From IMG/VR virus record IMGVR_UViG_3300050159_000048: DNA of 64,000 nt; one strand, written 5' to 3'. How positions within the stretch are numbered: position 1 is the first letter of the stretch; each line of letters starts with the position of its first letter. The notes under the pieces were generated by a model that saw nothing but the letters and a program-made list of their open reading frames with translations, ran no database searches and was not told the origin of the DNA. Source of the DNA: a virus (lineage: Duplodnaviria > Caudoviricetes). Both the position numbers and the translations under genes were made by a program. Positions 38,803 through 48,948 of the stretch are shown in pieces.

Positions 38803-40545
38803 ATGTCTTCACTTACTAGCACCAGCGCCATCTTCCGTATTGATCCGACCAATGCCTTGGTTGAGTACGTCAATAGCATTAAGCCGTATCACACAAAGGT
38901 GTTAGATGTATTCGTTGAATACATCTACGGTGAGCCAATGAACGTAACCGTGAGTGACAGGATGAGCTGGACGTTTGGAATGGAACCGACACCAACCCTG
39001 CTGTCGGTTATAAGTGCAAACATTGCAGCAAAAACCCTGACGCTGTCTTTGGAGCCAGTAGATCTGGCTCCAAAGTTGTCAATCGGTGACACTTTTACGT
39101 TCAAGCAGAGTCCGTATTATGACGGGACTTTCACATTTACTATCGCAGGGCTGAACTACTCGACCGACAATAAGCAGGTTGTTGTCACAGTATCAAACAT
39201 GCCTACCCTCGAAGGTAAGAAACAGCCCTCTGATCGATTGTCTAATGCTGCGATCAATCAACTGATTGTGCAGGGGGTTGCAGCATTTAACGAACCAGAA
39301 CGTCAGCCTGTGGTATACACATGCGGCTTCGGCTACGTGTGGGACTTATCAGATCCAGGCAGCGTGTCAACAGCGACAATCACCCACGCAACCGGCACGG
39401 TGAGCCAGCAAGTGCTAGCTATTGCTAGCAATGTAATCACACTAGCTGCTGATTCTAGTGGATTCACATATTCGGCTAACACACCCGTCGTGTTCTCAAC
39501 CACTGGCACATTCCCTACAGGAATTCAACAGGGTGGTTTGTACTATGCAACTCCAGCTGGTACAAATATGATTCAAATTTCCGAAACGCCAGGTGGAGCT
39601 GTTATCGCACTTGGGGTGTCATATACTGGTGTGTTGACGGCCAAACCACAAGACACCAACATTAACACCTTTGTTGTCACAGCAGCACCGTCGTCAAACT
39701 ACGCAGTTTCAGTGTCAAACTTGGATGCTAACCAACTGGCATTCACACATGCTTACAATATCGTTGGCGTTTCACCAGCCTCCAATTCGTGGGTATTGCC
39801 GGGTAACTTATTGTCACACATTAGTGCTGGTGATAATCTGTACGTAAACAATAATACGGACCCTACATCCAATAAGACGTATTTGGTATTGTCAGCCTCG
39901 TATAACAGTACTACAGACCAAACCACAGTATTTGCGTCTACGCCAGTATCGGCAGCCGCCACAGTTTCTGGTCAAGCCAGCGTCGACGTCGAGCCAACCA
40001 ACGTACCGTCCTGGCCAACTGCCGCCGCGGTAAAGGTTACAACTACCGGCACGCACCCCACCCCTATCACAGGAACTTCAACTTATTACTTTGTGCCAAC
40101 TCCGAAGTATGGCGTGTTTAACTTGTCGAACGTACGGTATCCAACAAAGTATGATGATATCGTAGACTTGACTACCTTAGGAACAGGTAATATCGCAATT
40201 CACCGCACTGAGCCATTTATTCCTGGTGACCGTGTGACCGTATCTGGTTCTGTCAACGGAAACAATGACGGAACATACATCGTAAAGACGATTGTTTCAG
40301 AAGGAAGTGGTTATCGGGTATCCGTATATCAGAATGTTAGTAGCAGCACTCCGGTTGGTATGCCTACTGACGGAACGATGTCGTTGGACGGTTCGTTTGG
40401 TGACCCATTTTGTACTGTTGCTAGCGCTGACAAAATGCATGTGTCCGTTGTGTTTGCGGAGCGCCTGCAGTTCGATTTTGGTGATGATACTGACACTGTA
40501 CCAAACGAGGATACCCCGCAGTTTGACGTTCAGCCGTTCATGTGA
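38803..40545 (+). CDS. Virion structural protein
   Basis: About 580 aa with a KPYHTK motif and beta-rich repeats; AGTAAATA at 38714-38721 upstream. Confidence 0.65.
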   Translation: MSSLTSTSAIFRIDPTNALVEYVNSIKPYHTKVLDVFVEYIYGEPMNVTVSDRMSWTFGMEPTPTLLSVISANIAAKTLTLSLEPVDLAPKLSIGDTFTFKQSPYYDGTFTFTIAGLNYSTDNKQVVVTVSNMPTLEGKKQPSDRLSNAAINQLIVQGVAAFNEPERQPVVYTCGFGYVWDLSDPGSVSTATITHATGTVSQQVLAIASNVITLAADSSGFTYSANTPVVFSTTGTFPTGIQQGGLYYATPAGTNMIQISETPGGAVIALGVSYTGVLTAKPQDTNINTFVVTAAPSSNYAVSVSNLDANQLAFTHAYNIVGVSPASNSWVLPGNLLSHISAGDNLYVNNNTDPTSNKTYLVLSASYNSTTDQTTVFASTPVSAAATVSGQASVDVEPTNVPSWPTAAAVKVTTTGTHPTPITGTSTYYFVPTPKYGVFNLSNVRYPTKYDDIVDLTTLGTGNIAIHRTEPFIPGDRVTVSGSVNGNNDGTYIVKTIVSEGSGYRVSVYQNVSSSTPVGMPTDGTMSLDGSFGDPFCTVASADKMHVSVVFAERLQFDFGDDTDTVPNEDTPQFDVQPFM

Positions 40546-40551
40546 TAAATA
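40544..40551 (+). promoter_or_regulatory. Late promoter (GATAAATA)
   Basis: Overlaps the stop of the upstream gene. Confidence 0.6.
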
Positions 40552-40573
40552 TACCAACCTCTGAGGACCAATC

Positions 40574-40798
40574 ATGACAGACTATCGCACAACGGACATC
40601 GTATTAGCCGCTTATTTGAAACTATCCGGCTGTCAAATGACCGGAATTGAAAAGCAAGGACAAAAGGGAACTTTCGTGTTCACAGAAGTAGAGGAGCGCC
40701 TAATCAATGCGTATGATTTGGGCAATGCCCGTGTCGAACCAGTAGCTTTTAACAATGCAATCAAGCAACTGACAACGTCAGTACGCCGTATTGTGTAA
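40574..40798 (+). CDS. Small hypothetical protein (resembles DUF5659-type, from memory)
   Basis: 74 aa, YRTTDIVLAAYL. Confidence 0.5.
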   Translation: MTDYRTTDIVLAAYLKLSGCQMTGIEKQGQKGTFVFTEVEERLINAYDLGNARVEPVAFNNAIKQLTTSVRRIV

Positions 40799-40801
40799 AT
40801 C

Positions 40802-40809
40802 CGTAAATA
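40802..40809 (+). promoter_or_regulatory. Late promoter (CGTAAATA)
   Basis: Upstream of ORF 40827, which has an AGGAG RBS. Confidence 0.6.
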
Positions 40810-40826
40810 CATAAAAGGAGCTACAC

Positions 40827-42011
40827 ATGTCGCAAGATTCACTACAAACCACTATTAAAGGTCATTGCAAGATCGTTGACGATCTAGGTAATGTTCTACT
40901 AGACAAAGACAACGCAATCCATCCGCAAAACATGGCGCGTATCATCGCCCGTGCTTTGGCAAACGAACCACATTCAAGCATCTATCGGATTGCGTTTGGC
41001 AATGGCGGTACCGTAGTTGATGCTGCGTATTCGGTTACGTACAAGACCCCCAACGACGGACAGTCTCCTGACATCGCTACGTGGGACAGCCGAATCTACA
41101 ACGAAACGTACTCGGAAGTTGTAGATGATTCCAGCGCTCTGATTGGCACCGACCCTGGTTCCGCAGACTTGAATACGGGCGTTCGTGCTGGTGGTGGTGC
41201 TGTTCCGTCTAGTGATCCGGCAACTGTTGAGCACGTTTCAGGTCCAGGTGTTCGGTCGAGCGAGCTTGGCGTAATGTCTGAGGTTGTTGTGTCTTGCACC
41301 CTAAACGGCAATGAACCACGCAGTCAGTTCATTGCCGATAAGGTTGCCACCAGCACAGAGACGGACTTTGTGTTTGACGAAATCGGTCTATATACGGGCG
41401 GTGCTGACGCAATTGGCACTAACGGATACCAGCAAATCAAGTTTGGTAATCTGGCCAAGGTTTCGACTGATGCATCAGGCTTACTGCCAAGCACACAATA
41501 TTCGTTCAATATTGCAATCAACGGCGGCACACCGCAAACGATCACTTTTACTACCCCAGCTGCAGGTTCTGGAGCTTCGGGTGAAATTCTGTTTGGCGAT
41601 TTCTGTCAAGCAATGAACACAAACAGTAGCGCTTGGAACATTATCCCAAGCGCCCCGAATGCAACGTTCACAATTACGGACTTGACGGGTGGCACATTCT
41701 CCACCATCACGGGCGCTCAAACATATGGCACGCTACAGGTGCAGAGTACAACTGCGGGACCAACATCGTCGATTAACCTATCGGGTGCTAATACCTCGGC
41801 TCTGCTGGCCGCTCTAAACACCCCAAGTGGTAGTCAGTTAGTTGCAGCCGTCGACGGAACTGCAGCAGGTCTGCAGAATGCACCAACATCACCATTAACA
41901 CAACGCGAGCGCTTGTTGGCACACTTAGTGTTCTCACCGGTGTTAAAGTCAGCAAACCGCACGCTGTCAATCACGTATACGTTGACAATCTCGGTTGGTC
42001 GATCCAGCTAA
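40827..42011 (+). CDS. Virion structural protein (tail fibre/collar-attachment-like)
   Basis: IAFGNGG, FDEIGLY, FSPVLKSANRTLSITYTL. Confidence 0.6.
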   Translation: MSQDSLQTTIKGHCKIVDDLGNVLLDKDNAIHPQNMARIIARALANEPHSSIYRIAFGNGGTVVDAAYSVTYKTPNDGQSPDIATWDSRIYNETYSEVVDDSSALIGTDPGSADLNTGVRAGGGAVPSSDPATVEHVSGPGVRSSELGVMSEVVVSCTLNGNEPRSQFIADKVATSTETDFVFDEIGLYTGGADAIGTNGYQQIKFGNLAKVSTDASGLLPSTQYSFNIAINGGTPQTITFTTPAAGSGASGEILFGDFCQAMNTNSSAWNIIPSAPNATFTITDLTGGTFSTITGAQTYGTLQVQSTTAGPTSSINLSGANTSALLAALNTPSGSQLVAAVDGTAAGLQNAPTSPLTQRERLLAHLVFSPVLKSANRTLSITYTLTISVGRSS

Positions 42012-42039
42012 AAAAAGGCCCTCTTCTGAGGGCCTTTTT
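42012..42039. terminator. Bidirectional terminator
   Basis: AAAAAGGCCCTC-ttct-GAGGGCCTTTTT between convergent genes. Confidence 0.85.
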
Positions 42040-42409
42040 ATTTTGGCTCTACGTCAGCGCTGTCTGATCCGTTCTTGTTCTTGACGAACGAGTTCCAACC
42101 AGCCCCACCAAGTAGGTACATTAGATACACACTAAGCATATCAAAGGTCAACGTACCTTTGTCGCTCATAGTGATGATCATCCATGTGCTAACAGCTACA
42201 CCAATCAAGTAACCGAGCTTGTACGGAGATGCGCGATTATTTGTTGAATCACAAATTAGGTGTTCAAACCTAACTGTGCTCTTTGGATCGCGATGCTCAA
42301 CGTAGAAGATTAGCGTAAGCACGATCAATCCAAATATCACAAACCAGCTTGCGCCTGTGAATGGAAATAGGGTGAGAAATGATTTGACGTCTGCCACAAA
42401 ACGATCCAT
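42038..42409 (-). CDS. Small multi-pass membrane protein, putative holin
   Basis: About 123 aa, three hydrophobic segments, charged C-tail, GGAG RBS, late promoter upstream. Confidence 0.5.
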   Translation of the reverse strand: MDRFVADVKSFLTLFPFTGASWFVIFGLIVLTLIFYVEHRDPKSTVRFEHLICDSTNNRASPYKLGYLIGVAVSTWMIITMSDKGTLTFDMLSVYLMYLLGGAGWNSFVKNKNGSDSADVEPK

Positions 42410-42438
42410 ATTGGTCTCCAGAGTGTTATGGTCCGTCG

Positions 42439-42461
42439 TATTTAGGTTCAAAATGTAAATA
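42439..42461. promoter_or_regulatory. Divergent late promoters (CCTAAATA minus, TGTAAATA plus)
   Basis: TATTTA 42439-42444 and TAAATA 42456-42461. Confidence 0.6.
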
Positions 42462-42477
42462 AAGGTAAAGGAATGTT

Positions 42478-42768
42478 ATGCCAGCAGCAATCAGAATTGG
42501 TGATCCAACATCGTGTGGAGACACAATCGCCGCAGGAAGCGGTAACGTGTTCATTAACGGCATCCCTGCGACTAGGTTAGGCGATGCAACAGCGGGCCAT
42601 CCCTGCGGACCACCAACAGTAACGAACAGTGGTGCTGCTACCGTATTTGTCAACGGGATTCCGCTATGTCGGGTGGGAGACACAATAGCTCCCCACGGTA
42701 CCTGCAGTGGCCCTCCGCACCCAGGTAGCATAACCGTTGGCTCATCGGACGTTTTTGTGGAGAACTAA
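42478..42768 (+). CDS. PAAR-repeat spike tip protein (gp5.4-like)
   Basis: MPAAIRIGD, GIPATRLGD, GIPLCRVGD, GSSDVFV. Confidence 0.92.
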   Translation: MPAAIRIGDPTSCGDTIAAGSGNVFINGIPATRLGDATAGHPCGPPTVTNSGAATVFVNGIPLCRVGDTIAPHGTCSGPPHPGSITVGSSDVFVEN

Positions 42769-43427
42769 TGAGTTGCGAACCATCATATACCTATCGTCCG
42801 ACATTTTCGTCTGGTAGTACTCCATGCGCCGCCCCTGCCTACACAACCACACGCAGCCGCGTAACGGTAACACCACCGCCACAAACTGTTGGTCCACAAC
42901 CTCTGTTCTTCAGAAGCAAACACCAAAACGCCGAAGCAAACAACATAGCCGTTGAGATGATAAACGGCCCTGGCAGCACAATTCAGCTGAATGTAGTGTA
43001 CAACGGAGCCATTGTAAAGTCGTACGGTGGTCTAATTGAAGGTACCGTCGGACAAATCACCATTCTTCGAAACATGATCGAAGTCAGCGACCCAAATAAT
43101 TACATTGAGATGCCTCCTGTTGGGTTTGATATTCTGGATTTGCGAGGTGTGGAAACAGACGGAGATAACATCACCGAAGCGGGTATTAGCACCTTCCCAC
43201 GAACGCCGTTAACAGGAGGTCAGGGAGCACCCACAGACGCAAATGTGATTCCAACAATCAGAACTGGGCCAGAACGAACGTTATTCATCGTGTCCACAGA
43301 AGAAGACATCACAGGAGCGCCCACATCTCCTCCCGCCTCTAGGCGCGTACAGCAGTGGAATGGTCATGCATGGATATCGTATTGTAACAATGTTGCAGGA
43401 TCGTGCCCCGGTGAGGGGACCTGTTAA
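42768..43427 (+). CDS. Hypothetical protein coupled to PAAR
   Basis: 219 aa, TAATG overlap. Confidence 0.65.
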   Translation: MSCEPSYTYRPTFSSGSTPCAAPAYTTTRSRVTVTPPPQTVGPQPLFFRSKHQNAEANNIAVEMINGPGSTIQLNVVYNGAIVKSYGGLIEGTVGQITILRNMIEVSDPNNYIEMPPVGFDILDLRGVETDGDNITEAGISTFPRTPLTGGQGAPTDANVIPTIRTGPERTLFIVSTEEDITGAPTSPPASRRVQQWNGHAWISYCNNVAGSCPGEGTC

Positions 43428-43458
43428 TACGGGTAAAGGACCGCGCGTAAATCCGGTA

Positions 43459-43466
43459 TGTAAATA
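43459..43466 (+). promoter_or_regulatory. Late promoter (TGTAAATA)
   Basis: Upstream of ORF 43499. Confidence 0.6.
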
Positions 43467-43498
43467 TCTACATGGTACAAGATTATAGGAGATATACC

Positions 43499-43876
43499 AT
43501 GACTCACGTTTCATATCAGCGCCAAGTATCACCAGACTTCCATCACGTTGAATGGTTGGAGTTGTATGGTGACGGCATGCTACACGAGTGCGCGATTATG
43601 AAGCGCACTGCAGACGGCAACGTCCTGTACTTCCGTACTGCCGACCTAGATAACATTGACAAGCAGCGTCTGGCAGAAATCCTGTCGAACCGCAACGCCG
43701 CTCAACTAGAGCTGTGGGATCTGATGCAAAACATCACGATGCGCAACGGTGTTAATGCTCTGACCTATTTCAACCAACTGGTCAAGTTGCTGACACCGTC
43801 GGGTAAGATTGTTGACCCACGAGCAGGTCAGATCGGTGGCCGCGTAGCAGCTCCGAATCAACCAGTAGCCGCATAA
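43499..43876 (+). CDS. Hypothetical protein
   Basis: Start at ATG 43499 after AGGAGATATACC. Confidence 0.7.
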   Translation: MTHVSYQRQVSPDFHHVEWLELYGDGMLHECAIMKRTADGNVLYFRTADLDNIDKQRLAEILSNRNAAQLELWDLMQNITMRNGVNALTYFNQLVKLLTPSGKIVDPRAGQIGGRVAAPNQPVAA

Positions 43877-43904
43877 AAAAAAGCCCTCCTAGGAGGGCTT
43901 TTTT
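43877..43904. terminator. Bidirectional terminator
   Basis: Perfect palindrome AAAAAAGCCCTCCTAGGAGGGCTTTTTT. Confidence 0.85.
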
Positions 43905-44853
43905 ATTTCGACAACATCGGAATGTATTGGTCAAGAGATTCTTTGATCTTGACTAGTTTGTATTTTCCGAGGAACTTCAAAATGAAGAACATCGAGAATT
44001 GACGCTTCTTGTCCAGAGATTCAGATACTGATTCCAGGATCAGTTTCCGAATGTTTGGTGGTTGTTTGGCCAAGTTAATCAGCTTCTCATTCTCATCAAA
44101 CAGATCCGCGACCTTGTACGTGATCTTTGAAACCACCTCTTCGCCGTTCTCATCTGTAACAACTGGACCGGGAGCTGTCCACGTTTCATTCATCAATTGA
44201 ACACGTTCGTACGGATCTGTGAACGCTTTCTTGATTCGGTCCATACGCACTCGCGGATATGCGGACTGCACGTTATCGGTGCTGTCCCCACGAATACACT
44301 TCTGAAATACGTAAAACAGAGGGTCACCATCAAATTCCGACAGCGTCTGTTCCTTATCAGTTGCAGGAGAGACGATGCGGACATTGGTGTATTGCATCAA
44401 CTGTAGCAAGTCTGAGTCTGTGCTGATAATGACGATCTCATTGTCATCGCTGGCCTCAATCTGACAGAAGCCAGCGATCAGATCGTCAGCCTCCAACATA
44501 TCTTCAACCAACGTAACAATGGTCGTCTGTTCAGCAATCAGTGCCTCAAACTCACGCATGTGAGTCAAGAATCGCTGATACTTCAGCTGCTGGGCTGGAG
44601 TCATGTCTTGCCGACGATTGCCCTTGTACGGCTTCTTGGAGATGCACGCATCGCTGGCGGTATAATCCTTGCGCCAACTCTTGCGGTCAAACACCATCAC
44701 AACCTTGTCGGGACGGTGCTGCTTGTAATACTTGTTCAGCATGACCAGTGCTGTGTGAGTAGCTAATCCAGCGAGCGTCTCGTCATCCTCTTGTCGTTGA
44801 ACGAAGAAGGTGCGGTACAGCAGATTGGAAATGTCAAAGACGAGGTATTTCAT
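43903..44853 (-). CDS. rnh: RNase H / 5'-3' flap exonuclease (T4 rnh-like)
   Basis: YLVFDISNLLYR, EADDLIA, ISTDSDLLQL, GDSTDNV. Confidence 0.9.
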   Translation of the reverse strand: MKYLVFDISNLLYRTFFVQRQEDDETLAGLATHTALVMLNKYYKQHRPDKVVMVFDRKSWRKDYTASDACISKKPYKGNRRQDMTPAQQLKYQRFLTHMREFEALIAEQTTIVTLVEDMLEADDLIAGFCQIEASDDNEIVIISTDSDLLQLMQYTNVRIVSPATDKEQTLSEFDGDPLFYVFQKCIRGDSTDNVQSAYPRVRMDRIKKAFTDPYERVQLMNETWTAPGPVVTDENGEEVVSKITYKVADLFDENEKLINLAKQPPNIRKLILESVSESLDKKRQFSMFFILKFLGKYKLVKIKESLDQYIPMLSK

Positions 44854-44854
44854 G

Positions 44855-45292
44855 TTATACGTAGTCGTTCGTCCGATGTTTATCGGTATTCTCAATGGAG
44901 ATGGCTTCAAGGCGCTCGGTCATGTCGTGATACAGTAGAGCTAACCACTTCTGGACCGCTGTGTCTTCGTCGCGGCCAGTGATACCGTTCTCCTTCAGAT
45001 ACTCAATGAATGCAGTGTTCCAATCAAGTTCGATCTGAAGCCCACGAGCTTCATCAAACTTGTCGCTCTTGATCTCAACCCAAGGGTCCTTGCTTGTGTA
45101 CCTTGCTGCGTCGGCCTCGTCACGCTGACGAAACACGGCAACCTCTTCACTCACAACATTCAGTTCTTGCTTCACTTGGTCGCGTTCAGCAAGTGCCTCG
45201 TTGAGTGCATCGCTGTAGCGCTTAAGCTCAGCCATTGTTTGGTCGGCGCGAATCTTATCACGATTCCACCAATTTGAAATTGCCTTGAACAT
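44855..45292 (-). CDS. Hypothetical protein
   Basis: 145-aa ORF tightly packed between the clamp and rnh genes. Confidence 0.7.
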   Translation of the reverse strand: MFKAISNWWNRDKIRADQTMAELKRYSDALNEALAERDQVKQELNVVSEEVAVFRQRDEADAARYTSKDPWVEIKSDKFDEARGLQIELDWNTAFIEYLKENGITGRDEDTAVQKWLALLYHDMTERLEAISIENTDKHRTNDYV

Positions 45293-45293
45293 C

Positions 45294-46004
45294 TTACACC
45301 TTAGGTAGTACGTTGACGCACAGATTGTTAATAGACATCCGCATAATGCCGCGGGATGTCAACTGAAAAGCACCGCCGGTGTTGTGCTTGAACAGCGCCA
45401 ACACCGTTTTGATCGGATATTTATGGGTGAAATTCGGCGTAGATCCGTCGAGAGCCTGCAGATCTGCAGCGTCTGCCAACTGGAAGGTCATCTTATCCAT
45501 GTTGATGTCAGCCAACTCCATCGTCACTCCGTCGTCGTTACCGATCAGAGTGATCACATCAGCACCCATGGCTGATGCGCCCTTTTGCATGTACGTGATG
45601 GCTTCAGGAACAGCGGTAACCTTGATCTTGACGGCGTCGTTCATAGCCTTGGGGGCCTGAATTGTTGCGGGATTGGCACAACGATAATCAACCTTCAGAC
45701 CCTTAGCCTTCATGGTTAACGTTCGAGCAAAAAGCGACGAATCGCCTTCGGTTGTGACGTCAATGTCAAAAGTGTCGTGCAGCTTCACCAGATCCAACCG
45801 CGAGGAGAATACGCCAAGCCGATTGAGACCAATCGAGCCAAACGGAAGGTCTGGCACGTTTGCGTCCTGCAAGATAAACACCGTACGTTCCTCGTCGATC
45901 GCTCGAACCTTCCCAGGCTCGATAATCAGACTGTCAATCTTGACGAGGTTTGCCGTTTGCACGGCATTCAAAATGTACCCCAGAGTGGGTTGATCCATCT
46001 TCAT
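45294..46004 (-). CDS. Sliding clamp, gp45-like
   Basis: 236 aa; VDYRCANPATIQAP resembles the gp45 interdomain region; follows the polymerase. Confidence 0.7.
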   Translation of the reverse strand: MKMDQPTLGYILNAVQTANLVKIDSLIIEPGKVRAIDEERTVFILQDANVPDLPFGSIGLNRLGVFSSRLDLVKLHDTFDIDVTTEGDSSLFARTLTMKAKGLKVDYRCANPATIQAPKAMNDAVKIKVTAVPEAITYMQKGASAMGADVITLIGNDDGVTMELADINMDKMTFQLADAADLQALDGSTPNFTHKYPIKTVLALFKHNTGGAFQLTSRGIMRMSINNLCVNVLPKV

Positions 46005-46031
46005 GGAGTTTTCTCCTTATAGTTTGTCATT

Positions 46032-46060
46032 ACTGTATCAGAATTCCAACAAGCTGTCAA
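46032..46060 (-). promoter_or_regulatory. sigma70 promoter for the clamp operon, inside the polymerase 3' end
   Basis: TTGACA-N17-TACAGT with extended -10 TG. Confidence 0.7.
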
Positions 46061-48875
46061 CGAACAGACTTTGCTTGCTCGGAGGTCGCTTGTTGATTGC
46101 CTTCAGGATGTTAGCCAACGGGTTGTCAACGAGTCGCTCGATGTGGGCGTCCACATCCACGTTGCAGTGGATGTTAAACCAAGGTGGCACAGTCTCTGTG
46201 TCGGTCGGTAGAGCGATGCTCTTAAACCGTCCGTTCTTGTTTTTCAGGTAGTACACCTTAAGCTTCATGCCTGACACAATGGGGGCACTATTCTTATCGT
46301 TGTACTGCTTGAGGCACTGATTGTAGTGAATGGCAGCAGCGACGTGACCAGGAAGGCGCGTCCCAATGTCTGCATCGTATGCAATTGAGTAATCCTCCAG
46401 CTTCTTGACACCCTTCGGTAGGCCAATTCGTAGAAGATCACCGCCAGTACCCGCGTCAGTTAGCTCCGTCTTGTAGTCCACAATCGACACAGAAATGTCT
46501 TCCCACGTCTCACCCTTCAGGTATCGCTCGATGAAACCGTTCAACTTCTTGGAGACGTCTGCGGGGAGGGTTGTCTTCTTGGTATCAAGACCCATCACCT
46601 TCATCTTATCGACTGGCTTACCGTCCAAGTCAACCAAGTGAAGAATGTACCGCTTCTTATCAACGAAGATGCCCTTATCAGACACAATTTCACGGCCTGC
46701 TTTAATAATGTCATCATAGCCGGGAGTGCACAAAAAAGTGTTACGCATGAAGTCCGGATACGACTTGTTGACAATGTCAGCGACCATATCAGCGACCTTA
46801 ATCGCTTCTTCCTGCGAAGTCGCAAATGTGCGGAAATACGTGGAGTCAGTGTCTCCGTAAATGACAGCTTCTGAGTGATGTTTCCCGTTGAATACTGGAC
46901 CATCCATGGAGATCAGACGCGCTTCTTCCTCCGTATAACCGCTTTCCATTGCGTCCTTCAACGTCTCGTATAGCGGGAATTCGGAATCGTAACTATCCCC
47001 CAATGCTTCCGCAGCCGTCCGGCATTGGTGCTTCAGGATGATACGTCCAGAGCCAGTGGTAGATTCACCCAACCGCAAGTCGTAGAATCGGAAGTACAGA
47101 TTAGTAAGTGCGCCGTATAAGCTGTTCAGCTTGATCTTGTACACATACTGCAGCCGGTCGTAGTAGCCCGCCTTTTCGTAATCTCCTACGTCTCCAGCTT
47201 CCTTCTTCATCTTCTGGTACTTCTTACGTAGGTCGTACCAGTTAGCCAACAGTCCTGGGATAAAGCCTTGCTTCGTCTGGTCAAACACCGTACCGTAACC
47301 TGAAATAGCCCAGTTACGCTCTGCTAACCAGTCACGCCATTCACTCGCAGGCATCGTCAGCTCGGATTTATCATGCTCAAGCACCATCGTACATAGTTTG
47401 AAGCTACCCGCCGCAATTTCAATGAAGTCCTTGACGTCACTCTTGAACTGACCTCGTAGCGTCTCAGGCGAAATGTTCAGAGATCGAATAGCAGACGGAT
47501 ACAGTGAGTTAATGTCGATCGATCCAACCCATTCATGCAATCCAATCTGCGGGAACAGCACCAGAGCTCCGTCAATCGAGCGGTCGACCTCTGGCTCAGT
47601 CACATTGTTGACCACGCGGCGGAGTTCGTGGTGGCAATAGTTGACTAGCGCCAATTCAGCAAGTTTCAGAGTGCCGAGAACGTGAGGCATCAGACCTGTT
47701 GACAGGTGGTAGTTCACGTTAGCAATGTCGATGTATCCCAGCTTCTGTTCGAATCCGTACAGGATCTCAGTATCTCGGATGTTGTATCGCACGAAGAACG
47801 GGAAGTTTTCACGGTACAATTCACGCAATGTCTTTTCGTACGTTAGCTTAGGCAGCGTTGGTTCACCGGTCTTATCATCAACCAGGACTTCTTCAGAGAT
47901 CGCTTCCAACTTATACGACGGCTTTTCGCCTGGTTCGTACTTCTTAACCAAGTTCATGTAGTCGATGCGAATACGACCAACGAGGTCGAGCGTATTGCCC
48001 ATCAACTTTCCGTTTTCCTTGTTCTGCACAGCTCGGAACGTAGGGCTTCCATGCATCGGAAAATCGAGACGTTTGAGCCAGCGATACTGTCCTTGCTTTG
48101 CGATTGCAGGGTTCGGATTCTGAGCGTATGTAAGGGACAGCTTGCCGGTGTACTCATTGATTGACTCAGCAGTCTCCAGCGACACTTCTTGGTTATCTAG
48201 AACGCGCACAATTCGTTGCGCAGTATATGGAACGTCGAAGAAGTCACTGTTCCAGCCGCCGATGACGTCACTCTGCTCAATTTCAACGAGAAAGTTCATG
48301 AGGAGTTCACGCTCATCCGCACACACAACATATCGAATGCGAAGGTTCGACATGATCGGGGCATCAGGAGCGCACGTATCAACCTCACGACGGAGGCGCT
48401 CCTCATCCCACCCCTCTTCGGGCGGAACGCACAACACAACAATCTCTTTCTTCCAGCAATGGATCAGTGAGACGGAGTTGATTGGGGCATACGGATTCGT
48501 AGCCACCATGTCTTGCACCGTGACGCCCATCTCCGGGTCGTAATCCACCTCGATGTCAAACAGCGTTACGTTCAGCTTCGGAGCAGGAATACCGTAATAG
48601 TGGTTGGATAACACACGCATCTCGGGGGGAACGTCAGATTCCCACGTGCGAACACGCCGGACGTCAAATTCCTTCTTGGCAGCGTAGTATTCCGACGACG
48701 TGTCGAACTCAGCCTTCGACACTCTTGTGTCGTAGATGGTACGATACTCCCCATCCTCGTCGTCATAGTAGAAGTAGTACGGAGCAGGGTAGTCTGTGAC
48801 GATTCGCTCCGTTTCAGACAATCGTTCCCACACGTAAACGCGATTGTTCTTTGTTACTGCAGAGATATAACTCAT
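46038..48875 (-). CDS. Family B DNA polymerase, gp43-like
   Basis: FDIE, GWNSDFFDVPY, YNIRD, DINSLYPS, KLNSLYG, YGDTDS. Confidence 0.97.
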   Translation of the reverse strand: MSYISAVTKNNRVYVWERLSETERIVTDYPAPYYFYYDDEDGEYRTIYDTRVSKAEFDTSSEYYAAKKEFDVRRVRTWESDVPPEMRVLSNHYYGIPAPKLNVTLFDIEVDYDPEMGVTVQDMVATNPYAPINSVSLIHCWKKEIVVLCVPPEEGWDEERLRREVDTCAPDAPIMSNLRIRYVVCADERELLMNFLVEIEQSDVIGGWNSDFFDVPYTAQRIVRVLDNQEVSLETAESINEYTGKLSLTYAQNPNPAIAKQGQYRWLKRLDFPMHGSPTFRAVQNKENGKLMGNTLDLVGRIRIDYMNLVKKYEPGEKPSYKLEAISEEVLVDDKTGEPTLPKLTYEKTLRELYRENFPFFVRYNIRDTEILYGFEQKLGYIDIANVNYHLSTGLMPHVLGTLKLAELALVNYCHHELRRVVNNVTEPEVDRSIDGALVLFPQIGLHEWVGSIDINSLYPSAIRSLNISPETLRGQFKSDVKDFIEIAAGSFKLCTMVLEHDKSELTMPASEWRDWLAERNWAISGYGTVFDQTKQGFIPGLLANWYDLRKKYQKMKKEAGDVGDYEKAGYYDRLQYVYKIKLNSLYGALTNLYFRFYDLRLGESTTGSGRIILKHQCRTAAEALGDSYDSEFPLYETLKDAMESGYTEEEARLISMDGPVFNGKHHSEAVIYGDTDSTYFRTFATSQEEAIKVADMVADIVNKSYPDFMRNTFLCTPGYDDIIKAGREIVSDKGIFVDKKRYILHLVDLDGKPVDKMKVMGLDTKKTTLPADVSKKLNGFIERYLKGETWEDISVSIVDYKTELTDAGTGGDLLRIGLPKGVKKLEDYSIAYDADIGTRLPGHVAAAIHYNQCLKQYNDKNSAPIVSGMKLKVYYLKNKNGRFKSIALPTDTETVPPWFNIHCNVDVDAHIERLVDNPLANILKAINKRPPSKQSLFVDSLLEF

Positions 48876-48948
48876 TTTTTCCTTTCTATCACCTGTCATT
48901 ATCACGTCGAGGGTTGGGTCAAATCAAGCGCGGATGTGACAGGGGAGC

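Noticed and set aside
38791-38805. Possible frameshift fusion of the 3327-aa ORF with the next ORF (-1 frame)
   Set aside because: The -1 frame has TGA at 38791-38793 and there is no slippery run after it. Translational coupling or the AGTAAATA at 38714 explains expression.
43487-43501. AGGAGATATACCATG identical to the T7/pET ribosome binding site
   Set aside because: Flanks are continuous phage-like sequence with no vector features; treated as coincidence.
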